Source: a bacterium (GTDB taxonomy: Bacteria > SM23-31). Taken from it: 64,000 nucleotides of DNA. This document shows, piece after piece, positions 31,256 through 40,721 of the stretch. The position numbers and the translations under genes were made by a program. The stretch is from positions 3,424,001 to 3,488,000 of the forward strand of contig OZ252239.1 in assembly GCA_965249485.1 (NCBI GenBank). The letters run 5' to 3'. How positions within the stretch are numbered: position 1 is the first letter of the stretch; every line of letters starts with the position of its first letter. The notes below the pieces were generated by a model. That model saw only the letters and a list, made by a program, of their open reading frames with translations, did not search any database and was not told the DNA's origin.

Positions 31256-31284
31256 TTGTTAGTATGAATATATATTTGTATACT
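31256..31284 (+). promoter_or_regulatory. sigma70-type promoter of selC
   Basis: TTGTTA-N17-TATACT about 20 nt upstream of the tRNA. Confidence 0.6.
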
Positions 31285-31303
31285 AATGCCAATTTTTGCA
31301 CAA

Positions 31304-31396
31304 GGGAGCGCATGCATGGCTGGTGCCGGTCACGGTCTTCAAAACCGATGGGTTCTGTTATGCAGGACTGGTGGGTTCGATTCCCACACGCTCCCG
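31304..31396 (+). tRNA. selC: tRNA-Sec (anticodon UCA)
   Basis: Acceptor GGGAGCG/CGCTCCC plus G discriminator, TGGT D-loop, anticodon arm CGGT-CTTCAAA-ACCG, long variable arm GGTTCTG..CAGGACT, T-arm GTGGG-TTCGATT-CCCAC; CCA not encoded. Confidence 0.93.
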
Positions 31397-31472
31397 CTAA
31401 TTATTGAATAATTGTTCAAAACTTCACCTCCTTTTTCAATAATTTTCCAATTTATATCCAGAGGATTAATTA

Positions 31473-32042
31473 ATGTGGATTAAATATATTCCGGAAGACG
31501 ATGCAACCGGTCCTGTTAAGAAAGAGTATGATCTGGCAATTAAGCGTTCCGGACGCGTTGCACCTATTGTAAAGTGTATGAGTCTTAATCCATCAGTATT
31601 AAGTTCAAGCATGCGGTTCTACACAGCAGTAATGTATGGACCCTCTCAGTTATCCAGAATTCAGAGAGAACTGCTTGCGACCGTTGTTGCCGTCGAACTG
31701 CAATGCCTATTCTGAACTCAGGCACATGCTAACGATCTCCGTGCTGAGATCGAGAGGAAGTTCAATACTGAAGACGAAGCGGATTCATTTGTGCATACAA
31801 TTGTGAATGATTGGAAATCAGCGGAGCTCGATACCGTAGATAGGGTTCTCTGTGAATTTGCAGTTAAACTTACGTTTGCAAACCATGAAATCGCTGAAAA
31901 TGATATCCAAAAGCTTCGTGACAGTGGTCTTGATGATAAGACTATTCATGATGCGGTACAGGTAATCAGCTACTTTAACTATATTACCCGTGTTGCAGAT
32001 GCTTTAGGCGTACAACCGAATTATGATAAAACTTGGGGATAA
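31473..32042 (+). CDS. AhpD/carboxymuconolactone-decarboxylase-like peroxidase-related selenoprotein, Sec at codon 81 (TGA 31713-31715), 189 aa
   Basis: ORFs 31473-31715 and 31791-32042 are in frame with no other stop; readthrough gives RELLATVVAVELQ-CLFU-TQAH, the AhpD CxxCxxxH motif; SECIS-like hairpin downstream. Confidence 0.9.
31733..31752 (+). promoter_or_regulatory. Bacterial SECIS-like hairpin
   Basis: CGATCTC-CGTGCT-GAGATCG: 7-bp stem beginning 17 nt after the UGA, G at loop position 2. Confidence 0.75.
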
Positions 32043-32149
32043 TTTGGTAAGAAATTCACTCCAGTATTAATGGTATGTAGAATTTTCTATTGATATTTTC
32101 AAATCATTGATAAATCATGGCATATATATTATATTAGAGGAGTTAAAAA

Positions 32150-32416
32150 ATGGAAAACGAATCGACTGTGTTAAGCAATGCCTATGTTAAAAAAAACAAG
32201 CTGACCTTTACTTGGACACCGCTTGTGTTGGTAGTGTTTTTTTATACTACTATATATACTGAGCGTTTCAGCATACTGGGATTTGGAGTGGATGCATTTT
32301 TTGATATATTTCTGTTTGCTGTCATAATGTTGTCTATTTCATATTTTCGTCTTGAGGCACTGAAAGAAAACCGCGAAATCTACAATCTTCTTAAAAAAAT
32401 TGCGGATAAATCGTAA
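32150..32416 (+). CDS. Small membrane protein, unknown function
   Basis: AGGAG RBS, two hydrophobic segments. Confidence 0.6.
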   Translation: MENESTVLSNAYVKKNKLTFTWTPLVLVVFFYTTIYTERFSILGFGVDAFFDIFLFAVIMLSISYFRLEALKENREIYNLLKKIADKS

Positions 32417-32510
32417 ACTTGATTATTCACATTACTTCTATCGTATCGTTGTAGAGCATTACTGACCAGATCAAATGGTTTTTTGCCGTTTGCGAAACAA
32501 AAGTACACAT

Positions 32511-32553
32511 AAAAAACCCGACTCTAATGTATTAAATTGAAGTCGGGTTTTTT
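32511..32553. terminator. Bidirectional terminator
   Basis: AAAAAACCCGACT...AGTCGGGTTTTTT between convergent genes. Confidence 0.8.
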
Positions 32554-32597
32554 ATTCGAATTTAACGATCAAATGTGCTAAGCAATGCACACATTAA

Positions 32598-32927
32598 TTA
32601 CTGTTCTTTTGATTCGTCCCAGTCGGGACCATGTACTACATCATCTTTCGATGTGACAGGATCTTTCCCATCGTATTCATAATTATAATTTAAATCGATA
32701 TAATATTGTGTATCATGTTTGCCGTTCGATTCATCGTAACTCGGTCCTTCTTCTTCCGGGAAGATCGCGTCGACAGGACATTCCGGCTTACATGCATCGC
32801 AATCGATACATTCATCAGGATTTATATAAAGCATGTTATCATCCTGATAAAAACAATCTACCGGACAAACTTCAACACAATCTCCATATTTACAGTTATG
32901 GCAAGGTTCTCCAACTATATAGGTCAT
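32598..32927 (-). CDS. fdxA: Ferredoxin (FdxA/7Fe-type)
   Basis: [19 protein letters not shown] and [16 protein letters not shown]. Confidence 0.9.
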   Translation of the reverse strand: MTYIVGEPCHNCKYGDCVEVCPVDCFYQDDNMLYINPDECIDCDACKPECPVDAIFPEEEGPSYDESNGKHDTQYYIDLNYNYEYDGKDPVTSKDDVVHGPDWDESKEQ

Positions 32928-33026
32928 TGTTCAATCCTCAATTAAAATTGTAATCTTAATTAATTACAGATGTAAATCTAAGGAATCAAAAAAAAAAATA
33001 CAAGAAAAAAAGTAAGAAAGAGAAAA

Positions 33027-34517
33027 TTAGTGGATATTTTGTATAAAATCAATACCAAAATGTGCCCAGTTGCTCAGTGTATTCCAAAATATTCCAAACA
33101 GTACTGTCGGAATGAGTAACGCAGTAATGAGAACAGTGTGCACTATAGGAACAGAAACTGCCGAATCGTAGCCATCTTCTGCATTTGTAAAATACATTGC
33201 TTTGGCAATGCGAAAGTAGTAGAAAAGCGATACGGCAGAATTTAATACACCGACAACAGCCAGCCAGTACAATTTATTCTTAATTACTGCACCGAATATC
33301 AACAATTTTCCGATAAAACCCGCAGTCGGGGGGATTCCGGTTAAGGAGATGAGGAATATAACGAACGCAAATGCAATAAAGGGTGAACGTGAACCAAGCC
33401 CGCGGTAATGGTCGATCTGTTCACTTTTGATTCTAAGCGCAACACCATCTATGATGATAAATGCTCCAAAATTCATAAAAAGATAGGCAATGCTGTAGAA
33501 CAGTACCGCACTGAGCCCCTCACCATCGAACATAGTGAAACCCATAAGTATGTACCCGGCATGTGCGATACTTGAATATGCAAGCAAACGCTTCAGATTT
33601 GTTTGCTGAAGGGCTGCAAGGTTACCTACTGTCATCGTAACTGCAGAAAGAGCGGCAAATATCAGGGGAAATTCTAAAGTACCAATAGACTCCCATCGGA
33701 ATGTTTCCCCTCCTGTCTGCACAGATACACCGGTAAAGACAAAACGAGCCAACAGCGCAATTCCGGCCACTTTCGGACCAACAGAGAAAAATGTTGTTAT
33801 CGGTGTCGGGGCACCTTCATAGACATCGGGACACCAAAAATGAAACGGTACGATAGTGATTTTATATCCGATTCCCGCTATTACAAAGAGAACCGACATC
33901 AAAAGCAGTACATCGTTAACGGTATTTGCGGCAAGGTAATCCCGGATTCCGTAGATTGTACCCTCACCTGTGATACCGTAAAGAAAGGAAAAACCGTAGA
34001 GCATCACGCCGGTTGAGACTGCTCCGTAGAGCATGTATTTGAGAGACGCCTCACTTGATCGGATCTCATTTTTTCTAAAACCTGCAAGTACATAGCATGA
34101 TATTCCTACAATCTCGAGCGAAATCGCTATCATAACGATATGTGTCGATGTAGCCATGAAACACATACCGAAGGTTGTTGCAAGTATCAAGGCATAATAC
34201 TCACCTGATTTCTTAAAAGTTGCTAATGAGAGTATAACGATGATTGCGGATGAAAATGTGAGAAATATTTTAAAAAATACTCCCATCGGATCGACAACCA
34301 TCATTCCGGAAAACAGTGACCTACCCGGTTCATCAAGAAGCGGAAAGGAGAGAATCATTGCTAAGAGAAGACCCCCAAGGCTCAAAAACGGAATAACGAG
34401 CCGCTTGCCTATACCCGGAATTATCTCTGCAAGCAACACAACCAGAATCGAGACTGTCAGCGCTATTTCAGGATACAAATACCTGAGATCTGCAACAATT
34501 GTTTCCCACGAAATCAT
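33027..34517 (-). CDS. nuoN: NADH-quinone oxidoreductase subunit N
   Basis: EASLKY, PFHFWCPDVYEGAPTP, KRLLAYSSIAHAGY. Confidence 0.95.
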   Translation of the reverse strand: MISWETIVADLRYLYPEIALTVSILVVLLAEIIPGIGKRLVIPFLSLGGLLLAMILSFPLLDEPGRSLFSGMMVVDPMGVFFKIFLTFSSAIIVILSLATFKKSGEYYALILATTFGMCFMATSTHIVMIAISLEIVGISCYVLAGFRKNEIRSSEASLKYMLYGAVSTGVMLYGFSFLYGITGEGTIYGIRDYLAANTVNDVLLLMSVLFVIAGIGYKITIVPFHFWCPDVYEGAPTPITTFFSVGPKVAGIALLARFVFTGVSVQTGGETFRWESIGTLEFPLIFAALSAVTMTVGNLAALQQTNLKRLLAYSSIAHAGYILMGFTMFDGEGLSAVLFYSIAYLFMNFGAFIIIDGVALRIKSEQIDHYRGLGSRSPFIAFAFVIFLISLTGIPPTAGFIGKLLIFGAVIKNKLYWLAVVGVLNSAVSLFYYFRIAKAMYFTNAEDGYDSAVSVPIVHTVLITALLIPTVLFGIFWNTLSNWAHFGIDFIQNIH

Positions 34518-34529
34518 AGACCTACCACA

Positions 34530-36011
34530 CTATGGGTGAACTAAAATAATCAAATAGTTTAGTGATGTTCTCATCAGGTTCAAGACCGGCATTGGATAGA
34601 CACCGACAAACAAAATGACAACCATTAACGGAGCCAATGTAAAAATTTCCATGCCGGTTATCTCCGGTAGCGTTTTATACTTATCATCAATTTTTCCAAG
34701 GAAAACTCTCTGGAGAGTCCACAGCAAATAACCAGCCGTAAGGATGACTCCGCTGACCGCAAAAGCCGTAATGTATTTATAAACACTGAAAGCTCCGATG
34801 AATACCATAGCTTCACCAATGAAACCGCTCAATCCCGGAAGCCCGAGACTTGCAAAAAAGGCGAAACTGGTAATTCCTGTAAAAATCGGCATTTGTGAAC
34901 CGATACCGCCGAAACCGTTAATATCCCTGTGATGCGCCCTGTCGTAAATCACACCAACAAGGAGAAAGAGCATTGCTGTGATTGTACCATGGTTAAACAT
35001 CTGCAGAACAGCGCCGTTGATACCGGCTTCGGTAAAGACAGCCATTCCGAGCAATACATATCCCATATGGCTGATACTCGAATAGGCTACCAGTTTCTTC
35101 AAATCTGTCTGCGCCATCGCGGTAAAGGCACCGTAGAGAATATTTATCAATCCGAGTACAGCGAGGCCGTAGGCAAAATATTGTGCCGCAAGCGGAAACA
35201 TCGGATAACTGATCCGGAGGATACCGTAGGTTCCCAGCTTCAGCAATACACCGGCAAGAATAACACTAATTGCTGTCGGCGCTTCGACGTGAGCATCGGG
35301 AAGCCAAGTATGGAACGGGAAAACCGGAACCTTGATGGCAAAACCGATAAAGAGTGCAATGTATGCCCAGTACTGAAATGTTCTTGAATAGGTGCTGCTG
35401 TTCTGAATAAGCGTCAACATATTGAATGTATGCGGATCATTCGCAAAATAGAGCGCAAGCATCGCGAGGAGCATCAATAAACTTCCGAAAAATGTGTAGA
35501 GGAAAAATTTTATCGCTGCATATTCACGCCGGGGGCCTCCCCAGATACCGATCAGAAAATACATGGGCAGTAGCATCACTTCCCAGAAGACATAAAACAA
35601 AAAGAAATCGAGTGCCGCAAACGATCCGATCATTCCTGTTTCAAGAAGAAGGAAAAGTGCGAAATACCCTTTTTGCGAGCGATCGATTTTCCATGAAGCA
35701 AATATACATATAAAGCAAAGAAACGCTGTCAAGAGTATCATCGGAAAACTGAGGCCGTCGACACCCATAAAATACTCTATATTTAATGCATCAATCCACT
35801 GGTAATGTTCGACAAATTGGAAGCTTCCTTCCCTGTCGATCCCCGGCATTGTGGTATTGAATTGGAGCAGCATTAGAATTGTCAACAATAATGTGACTCC
35901 TGTCGCTAAAACCGCTAACTGTTTTATGAGCATCACTTTCTCTTTTGGTACAAGAGCAATGAGCCCGGCTCCGATTAGGGGTATAAACGTTATGAGTGTT
36001 AAATACTTCAT
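34530..36011 (-). CDS. nuoM: NADH-quinone oxidoreductase subunit M
   Basis: FYVFWE, AAIKFFLYT, HTWLPDAHVEAPT, KKLVAYSSISHMG. Confidence 0.96.
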   Translation of the reverse strand: MKYLTLITFIPLIGAGLIALVPKEKVMLIKQLAVLATGVTLLLTILMLLQFNTTMPGIDREGSFQFVEHYQWIDALNIEYFMGVDGLSFPMILLTAFLCFICIFASWKIDRSQKGYFALFLLLETGMIGSFAALDFFLFYVFWEVMLLPMYFLIGIWGGPRREYAAIKFFLYTFFGSLLMLLAMLALYFANDPHTFNMLTLIQNSSTYSRTFQYWAYIALFIGFAIKVPVFPFHTWLPDAHVEAPTAISVILAGVLLKLGTYGILRISYPMFPLAAQYFAYGLAVLGLINILYGAFTAMAQTDLKKLVAYSSISHMGYVLLGMAVFTEAGINGAVLQMFNHGTITAMLFLLVGVIYDRAHHRDINGFGGIGSQMPIFTGITSFAFFASLGLPGLSGFIGEAMVFIGAFSVYKYITAFAVSGVILTAGYLLWTLQRVFLGKIDDKYKTLPEITGMEIFTLAPLMVVILFVGVYPMPVLNLMRTSLNYLIILVHP

Positions 36012-36087
36012 TAATCTCTCCTCAAAAAGGACGGTGACTCCTTAAAGCATAGTGATCCAAAATTGCTGTGTACTGAGTAAGTTAACA

Positions 36088-38142
36088 TTACATAATCCGA
36101 AACATTATGATAATCATCATACCGATTAGCAGTCCGACAATATACTGCTGTATTCTCCCGGTCTGAAACTGTCGTACAATCAGTCCGAACAATTGTGTAA
36201 TTAATGCAATAGCATTTACCAACCCATCAATTACAATTGTGTCGAATTTTCCGTACAACCAGGAAACAAGCACAGTAATACGTGCTGATCCATTCACAAT
36301 CCCATCGATAATCGTTTCATCAAACCACTTACATATGTCGCTCCAAAGCAAAACGCCTTTAACAAAAGTAGCATTATATATCTCATCAATATACCATTTA
36401 TTCAACATGCCGTTGTATAACTTCGGATACATTGCTCCCCACGCTTCTGCAGAAATCTGCTTCGTGAAATAGGTCCTGTATGCGACAATAATTCCGAGTG
36501 CTGCAAAAATCAGTGACAAAGCAAGTGCATAGGTGTGTGATGAATCGTGTCCGCCTCCATGAGCTTCCATACTTGTCTGAGCTTGTCCACTACTTGATTC
36601 CATTGCCATAACAGCTGCCTGCTCCGGCGGCTGCACAAGGTGGTAAAACCAGCCTCCATCGGGTGAAACCGGATTGTAGCTGTAAAATGCAAAGACACAG
36701 AGGAACGACAGGACAACGAGCGGAATGGTCATTGACCGGCTCGATTCATGAACATGATCCCACGCTTTTGGCAGAGCAAATTCGCCAAAGAATGTTTTGA
36801 AGACCAAACGGAACATATAAAATGCAGTCATACCTGCCGCAAGAAATCCGAACACTGGCAGAAGAAAATGACTGGGATGTTGAACTGCAAAACTCAGCGA
36901 TCCTGCCAAAATTGCATCTTTGCTTAAAAAGCCTGATGTAAACGGCACACCGGAAAGTGCGATTGTTCCTGCAAGAAATGTCCAGAACGTTATTGGCATT
37001 TTCCGCCTGAGCCCGCCCATGATCGAAATATCATTCGGGTTGCCTTCCAGTTTCGCCCCATGCAAAGCGTGTTCCATTGCATGAATCACACTTCCGGAAC
37101 CGAGGAAGAGCAATGCTTTAAAAAAGGCGTGCGTCATTAGATGAAACAGACCTGCTGCATATGAACCGGTACCGAGTGCGAGGATCATATATCCGAGCTG
37201 GCTGACTGTAGAATAAGCCAGAACGCGTTTGATATCATTCTGCACAATAGCTATCGTTGCTGCAAAGATTGCAGTAAATCCGCCGACGTAGGCAATGACA
37301 ATCATTGAATCGGGTGTCAGCATGAAGAATATCCGGACAACCAGGTATACGCCGGCAGCCACCATGGTAGCAGCATGAATTAACGCACTTACCGGTGTTG
37401 GACCCTCCATAGCATCCGGCAGCCATACGTGCAGCGGAAACTGAGCAGATTTTCCGACTGCTCCCATAAAAATCAAAATTCCTGCAACTGTCAGTGTCAT
37501 CCCTCCAAAACTGCCGGAAGCGACGGCATTCTGAATTCCCTCAAATGAAAATGATCCAACCGAGAAAAACACGATCAGCATTCCGACAAACATACCGAAA
37601 TCGCCGACACGGTTGGTTATAAAAGCCTTTTTTCCAGCATTCGCTGCCGAATCCTTTTCAAACCAGAATCCAATAAGTAAATACGAACAGAGTCCCACAA
37701 GCTCCCAGCACATATAAATGCCAAGCAGATTATCGAACAGCACCAGACCGAGCATGGAAAATGCAAACAACGAAAGATAAGCAAAATAGCGGGAATAGCG
37801 CGGATCACCGTGCATATAGCCAGTTGAGTAAAGAAATACAAGTGAACTGACCAGTGTGACAACAACAAGCATCACTGCCGTTACATTATCGAGAGCGAAA
37901 CCGAGCGGAAAATTCTGACTGCCAAGCTGAATCCAGTCAAAATGATACTCCACTCTGAAATTCGGATCATACACAGTGAGAACAGTATAGAATATCCACA
38001 GAGCAAGACCCAGATTAACAAACATTGATCCGACAACCACCCAGTCCCCCTGTCTCGGAAGCCGTTTCCCTATGAAAATCTGGATTGTGAACGCCGCAAG
38101 AGGAAGTAACCAGATAATAATCGCTGTAGTTAGTAAATCCAT
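36088..38142 (-). CDS. nuoL: NADH-quinone oxidoreductase subunit L
   Basis: KAFITNRVGD, GKSAQFPLHVWLPDAMEGPTPVSALIHAATMV, THAFFKALLFL. Confidence 0.96.
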   Translation of the reverse strand: MDLLTTAIIIWLLPLAAFTIQIFIGKRLPRQGDWVVVGSMFVNLGLALWIFYTVLTVYDPNFRVEYHFDWIQLGSQNFPLGFALDNVTAVMLVVVTLVSSLVFLYSTGYMHGDPRYSRYFAYLSLFAFSMLGLVLFDNLLGIYMCWELVGLCSYLLIGFWFEKDSAANAGKKAFITNRVGDFGMFVGMLIVFFSVGSFSFEGIQNAVASGSFGGMTLTVAGILIFMGAVGKSAQFPLHVWLPDAMEGPTPVSALIHAATMVAAGVYLVVRIFFMLTPDSMIVIAYVGGFTAIFAATIAIVQNDIKRVLAYSTVSQLGYMILALGTGSYAAGLFHLMTHAFFKALLFLGSGSVIHAMEHALHGAKLEGNPNDISIMGGLRRKMPITFWTFLAGTIALSGVPFTSGFLSKDAILAGSLSFAVQHPSHFLLPVFGFLAAGMTAFYMFRLVFKTFFGEFALPKAWDHVHESSRSMTIPLVVLSFLCVFAFYSYNPVSPDGGWFYHLVQPPEQAAVMAMESSSGQAQTSMEAHGGGHDSSHTYALALSLIFAALGIIVAYRTYFTKQISAEAWGAMYPKLYNGMLNKWYIDEIYNATFVKGVLLWSDICKWFDETIIDGIVNGSARITVLVSWLYGKFDTIVIDGLVNAIALITQLFGLIVRQFQTGRIQQYIVGLLIGMMIIIMFRIM

Positions 38143-38187
38143 GTGTTCTCTTCAGAGTTTAGTACAAAACCATCATTATCAATTATA

Positions 38188-38493
38188 TTACTTCCGGAGA
38201 CTATGTGCTTCATCTACATTGATCGTCTGATGCGTCCGGTAAATATTTAAGACTATTGCAAGCGCAACTGCCGCTTCGGCAACCGCAATCACAAATACGA
38301 ACAACGCTATTAATACACCATGAATATCAGGGTCTTTGAAAAATGCAAATGCAACAAAATTGACATTTGCGGCATTCAATATTAGCTCAACACCCATTAA
38401 AATACCTATAGCATTCCGCTTTGTCAGAATAGCCAGAAGGCCGCTCGCAAAGAGCAGTGCACCGATTATCAGAAACGTCTCAAGCTGAATCAT
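38188..38493 (-). CDS. nuoK: NADH-quinone oxidoreductase subunit K
   Basis: LMGVELILNAAN, AVAEAAVALA. Confidence 0.95.
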   Translation of the reverse strand: MIQLETFLIIGALLFASGLLAILTKRNAIGILMGVELILNAANVNFVAFAFFKDPDIHGVLIALFVFVIAVAEAAVALAIVLNIYRTHQTINVDEAHSLRK

Positions 38494-38996
38494 TTCTCCT
38501 CCGATCGAACGATGTACAGTGCGCCGATTAAGGCGGCAAGAAGCAAAATTGATGCAACTTCAAACGGAAGAATATATAAGGTCATCAACTGGTTTCCGAT
38601 CAGTTCACTTTGAGGTGCATAGCCTCCCTGTTCCGTGACTCCAGGTCCGAACCATGAAGTTTTTGAAATAACCGACAGAAGGAGAATCAAAAATCCGGTG
38701 ACAGCTATAGAACCCCAGACACGCTGAGATGTTTTCGTCGTAACAGTCACAGACGATATTTTTACTGTAAGGAGAATACCGAATAAGAGCAGAATTAAAA
38801 TACCACCGACATAAATAATAAGTTGAACAGCAGCGAGAAAATCGGCACTTAGAAATATATAGAGACCGCCGACACCAAAAAAGGATAGCATCAGGGAAAA
38901 TGCTGCATACGTTATTCGCTTTGAAAATACAACCAGAAAGGCAGATCCTACCGTAACCACAGCAAATAGCAAAAACAGTACATCCTTGGCGCTCAT
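38490..38996 (-). CDS. nuoJ: NADH-quinone oxidoreductase subunit J
   Basis: ADFLAAVQLIIYVGGI, PFEVASILLL. Confidence 0.95.
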   Translation of the reverse strand: MSAKDVLFLLFAVVTVGSAFLVVFSKRITYAAFSLMLSFFGVGGLYIFLSADFLAAVQLIIYVGGILILLLFGILLTVKISSVTVTTKTSQRVWGSIAVTGFLILLLSVISKTSWFGPGVTEQGGYAPQSELIGNQLMTLYILPFEVASILLLAALIGALYIVRSEEK

Positions 38997-39565
38997 GCAT
39001 CCCCCTCAACAGGCTGATCTTGCGATCCACCTTCTTCTTTTTCTTTCGCAGCCGCCAGCTTTTTTTTCTCTTTTTCCATAGTCCTGATGTGGTCTTTTTC
39101 TTTTAGTTCGGCAACTTTTAACGGATCAACATTTGCAAATTCAAATACTAAATTATTTCTATCTCTTGTTGAATATTCGTATTCATCGGTCATAATCAGA
39201 CACTCTGTTGGACACGGATACGTACACAATCCACAGAAACAACATTTAGCCATATCGATGTCAAACTTCGTAACCCAAAGCCTTTTTTTCTGGCCGTCGG
39301 AAGTCACTCCCAGATCGTCTTCCGGAAACGTTTTGATTGTATCCATTGTGATGCAGTCGACTGGGCATACCCGTACGCACTGATCACATCCGATACAATC
39401 GTCAACTTTGTTGAGCAATAGATTCCTGGAGCGTTCGGGGATATTCAGCTTTTTCCGAGGATACTGCACCGTGACCGATCTTTCGAAGAGATGCCTGAAC
39501 GTAAGGCTCATTCCGATCAATACAGATGAAACGGCAAGATATATATTATTAAAATATGTTTGCAT
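38993..39565 (-). CDS. nuoI: NADH-quinone oxidoreductase subunit I
   Basis: VTVQYP, CIGCDQCVRVCP, CCFCGLCTYPCP. Confidence 0.95.
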   Translation of the reverse strand: MQTYFNNIYLAVSSVLIGMSLTFRHLFERSVTVQYPRKKLNIPERSRNLLLNKVDDCIGCDQCVRVCPVDCITMDTIKTFPEDDLGVTSDGQKKRLWVTKFDIDMAKCCFCGLCTYPCPTECLIMTDEYEYSTRDRNNLVFEFANVDPLKVAELKEKDHIRTMEKEKKKLAAAKEKEEGGSQDQPVEGDA

Positions 39566-39601
39566 AATCTATTTTCGTTAATTTTGTTCTAAATAATTGG
39601 A

Positions 39602-40687
39602 TTACCCTTGCATAACTTGCCAGAAACCAACTCCTGCAATACAGACCAATGTAAACGGTACAAAAACTTTCCAACACACATACATCAATTGATCTACCCG
39701 AAGACGCGGCAGTGTCCAGCGAATCCATATCTGTACAAACACAAGAACTGATGTTTTACCTAAAAACCAAACAACTCCAGGGATCACTACAAGCGCCTCA
39801 AACGGAGGCTGCCAACCACCGAGGAAAAGAACCGTACCGATAGCAGAAACCGCAAGCAAATTGCCATATTCAGCAAGGAAGAAAAACGACCACCGCATAC
39901 CGGAATACTCGGTCATAAATCCAGCAACCAATTCCGACTCAGCTTCAGGAAGGTCGAATGGTGTTCTGTTTATTTCAGCAATTGATGCTAAAAAATAGAT
40001 AATAAAAGCAATGAAATTAAACGGAAAACTATTGAAAATGATCCAGTTCCAGAATCCACCGGACTGTGCATGAACGATTCCCTGCATGCTTAACGTCCCC
40101 GATACCATTACCGCACACACAATAGCAAGTCCGACCGGAATTTCATAACTCACAATCTGTGCCGCTGAGCGCATGGCTCCGAAGAGAGACCATTTATTGT
40201 TCGACGCCCATCCGGCCATAATAATTCCCGGTACAACAACTGTCGAGATTGCTACAACGTATAAGATTCCAATGTTGATATCGCTGACAAAGATTGTTTC
40301 ACTAAAGGGGAAAACCACAAATACGGCAAGAGCAGTCATAAAAACAATAAACGGAGCAATGATAAACAGTTTTCGGTCGGCATCACGTGGAATAATATCT
40401 TCTTTCAACAAGAGTTTCACTGCATCTGCAATCGTCTGCAAAACACCATGCCAGCCGGTTTCCATCGGCCCTAACCGGTCCTGAATATGGGCAGCAATTT
40501 TCCGCTCTGCGTAGATAGCTATCAGAGCAAATACCGCTATAACATGAAAAAAGATTAATGCGGCGATTATTGATGCTATGACAATTTTACCCGCTTCGGG
40601 AAACGCATCAAAGATAGAAATGCTGTTGATAAGTTTATTGAAAATACCTTGAAACTCATTTTGCATCGTTAAATCATTCTCCGGCAA
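39602..40687 (-). CDS. nuoH: NADH-quinone oxidoreductase subunit H
   Basis: ERKIAAHIQDRLGP, RSAAQIVSYE, PFDLPEAESELVAG, TLPRLRVDQL. Confidence 0.96.
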   Translation of the reverse strand: MPENDLTMQNEFQGIFNKLINSISIFDAFPEAGKIVIASIIAALIFFHVIAVFALIAIYAERKIAAHIQDRLGPMETGWHGVLQTIADAVKLLLKEDIIPRDADRKLFIIAPFIVFMTALAVFVVFPFSETIFVSDINIGILYVVAISTVVVPGIIMAGWASNNKWSLFGAMRSAAQIVSYEIPVGLAIVCAVMVSGTLSMQGIVHAQSGGFWNWIIFNSFPFNFIAFIIYFLASIAEINRTPFDLPEAESELVAGFMTEYSGMRWSFFFLAEYGNLLAVSAIGTVLFLGGWQPPFEALVVIPGVVWFLGKTSVLVFVQIWIRWTLPRLRVDQLMYVCWKVFVPFTLVCIAGVGFWQVMQG

Positions 40688-40721
40688 TTCTCTTCGTTCT
40701 TCTCTAACTATCCACTAAACG

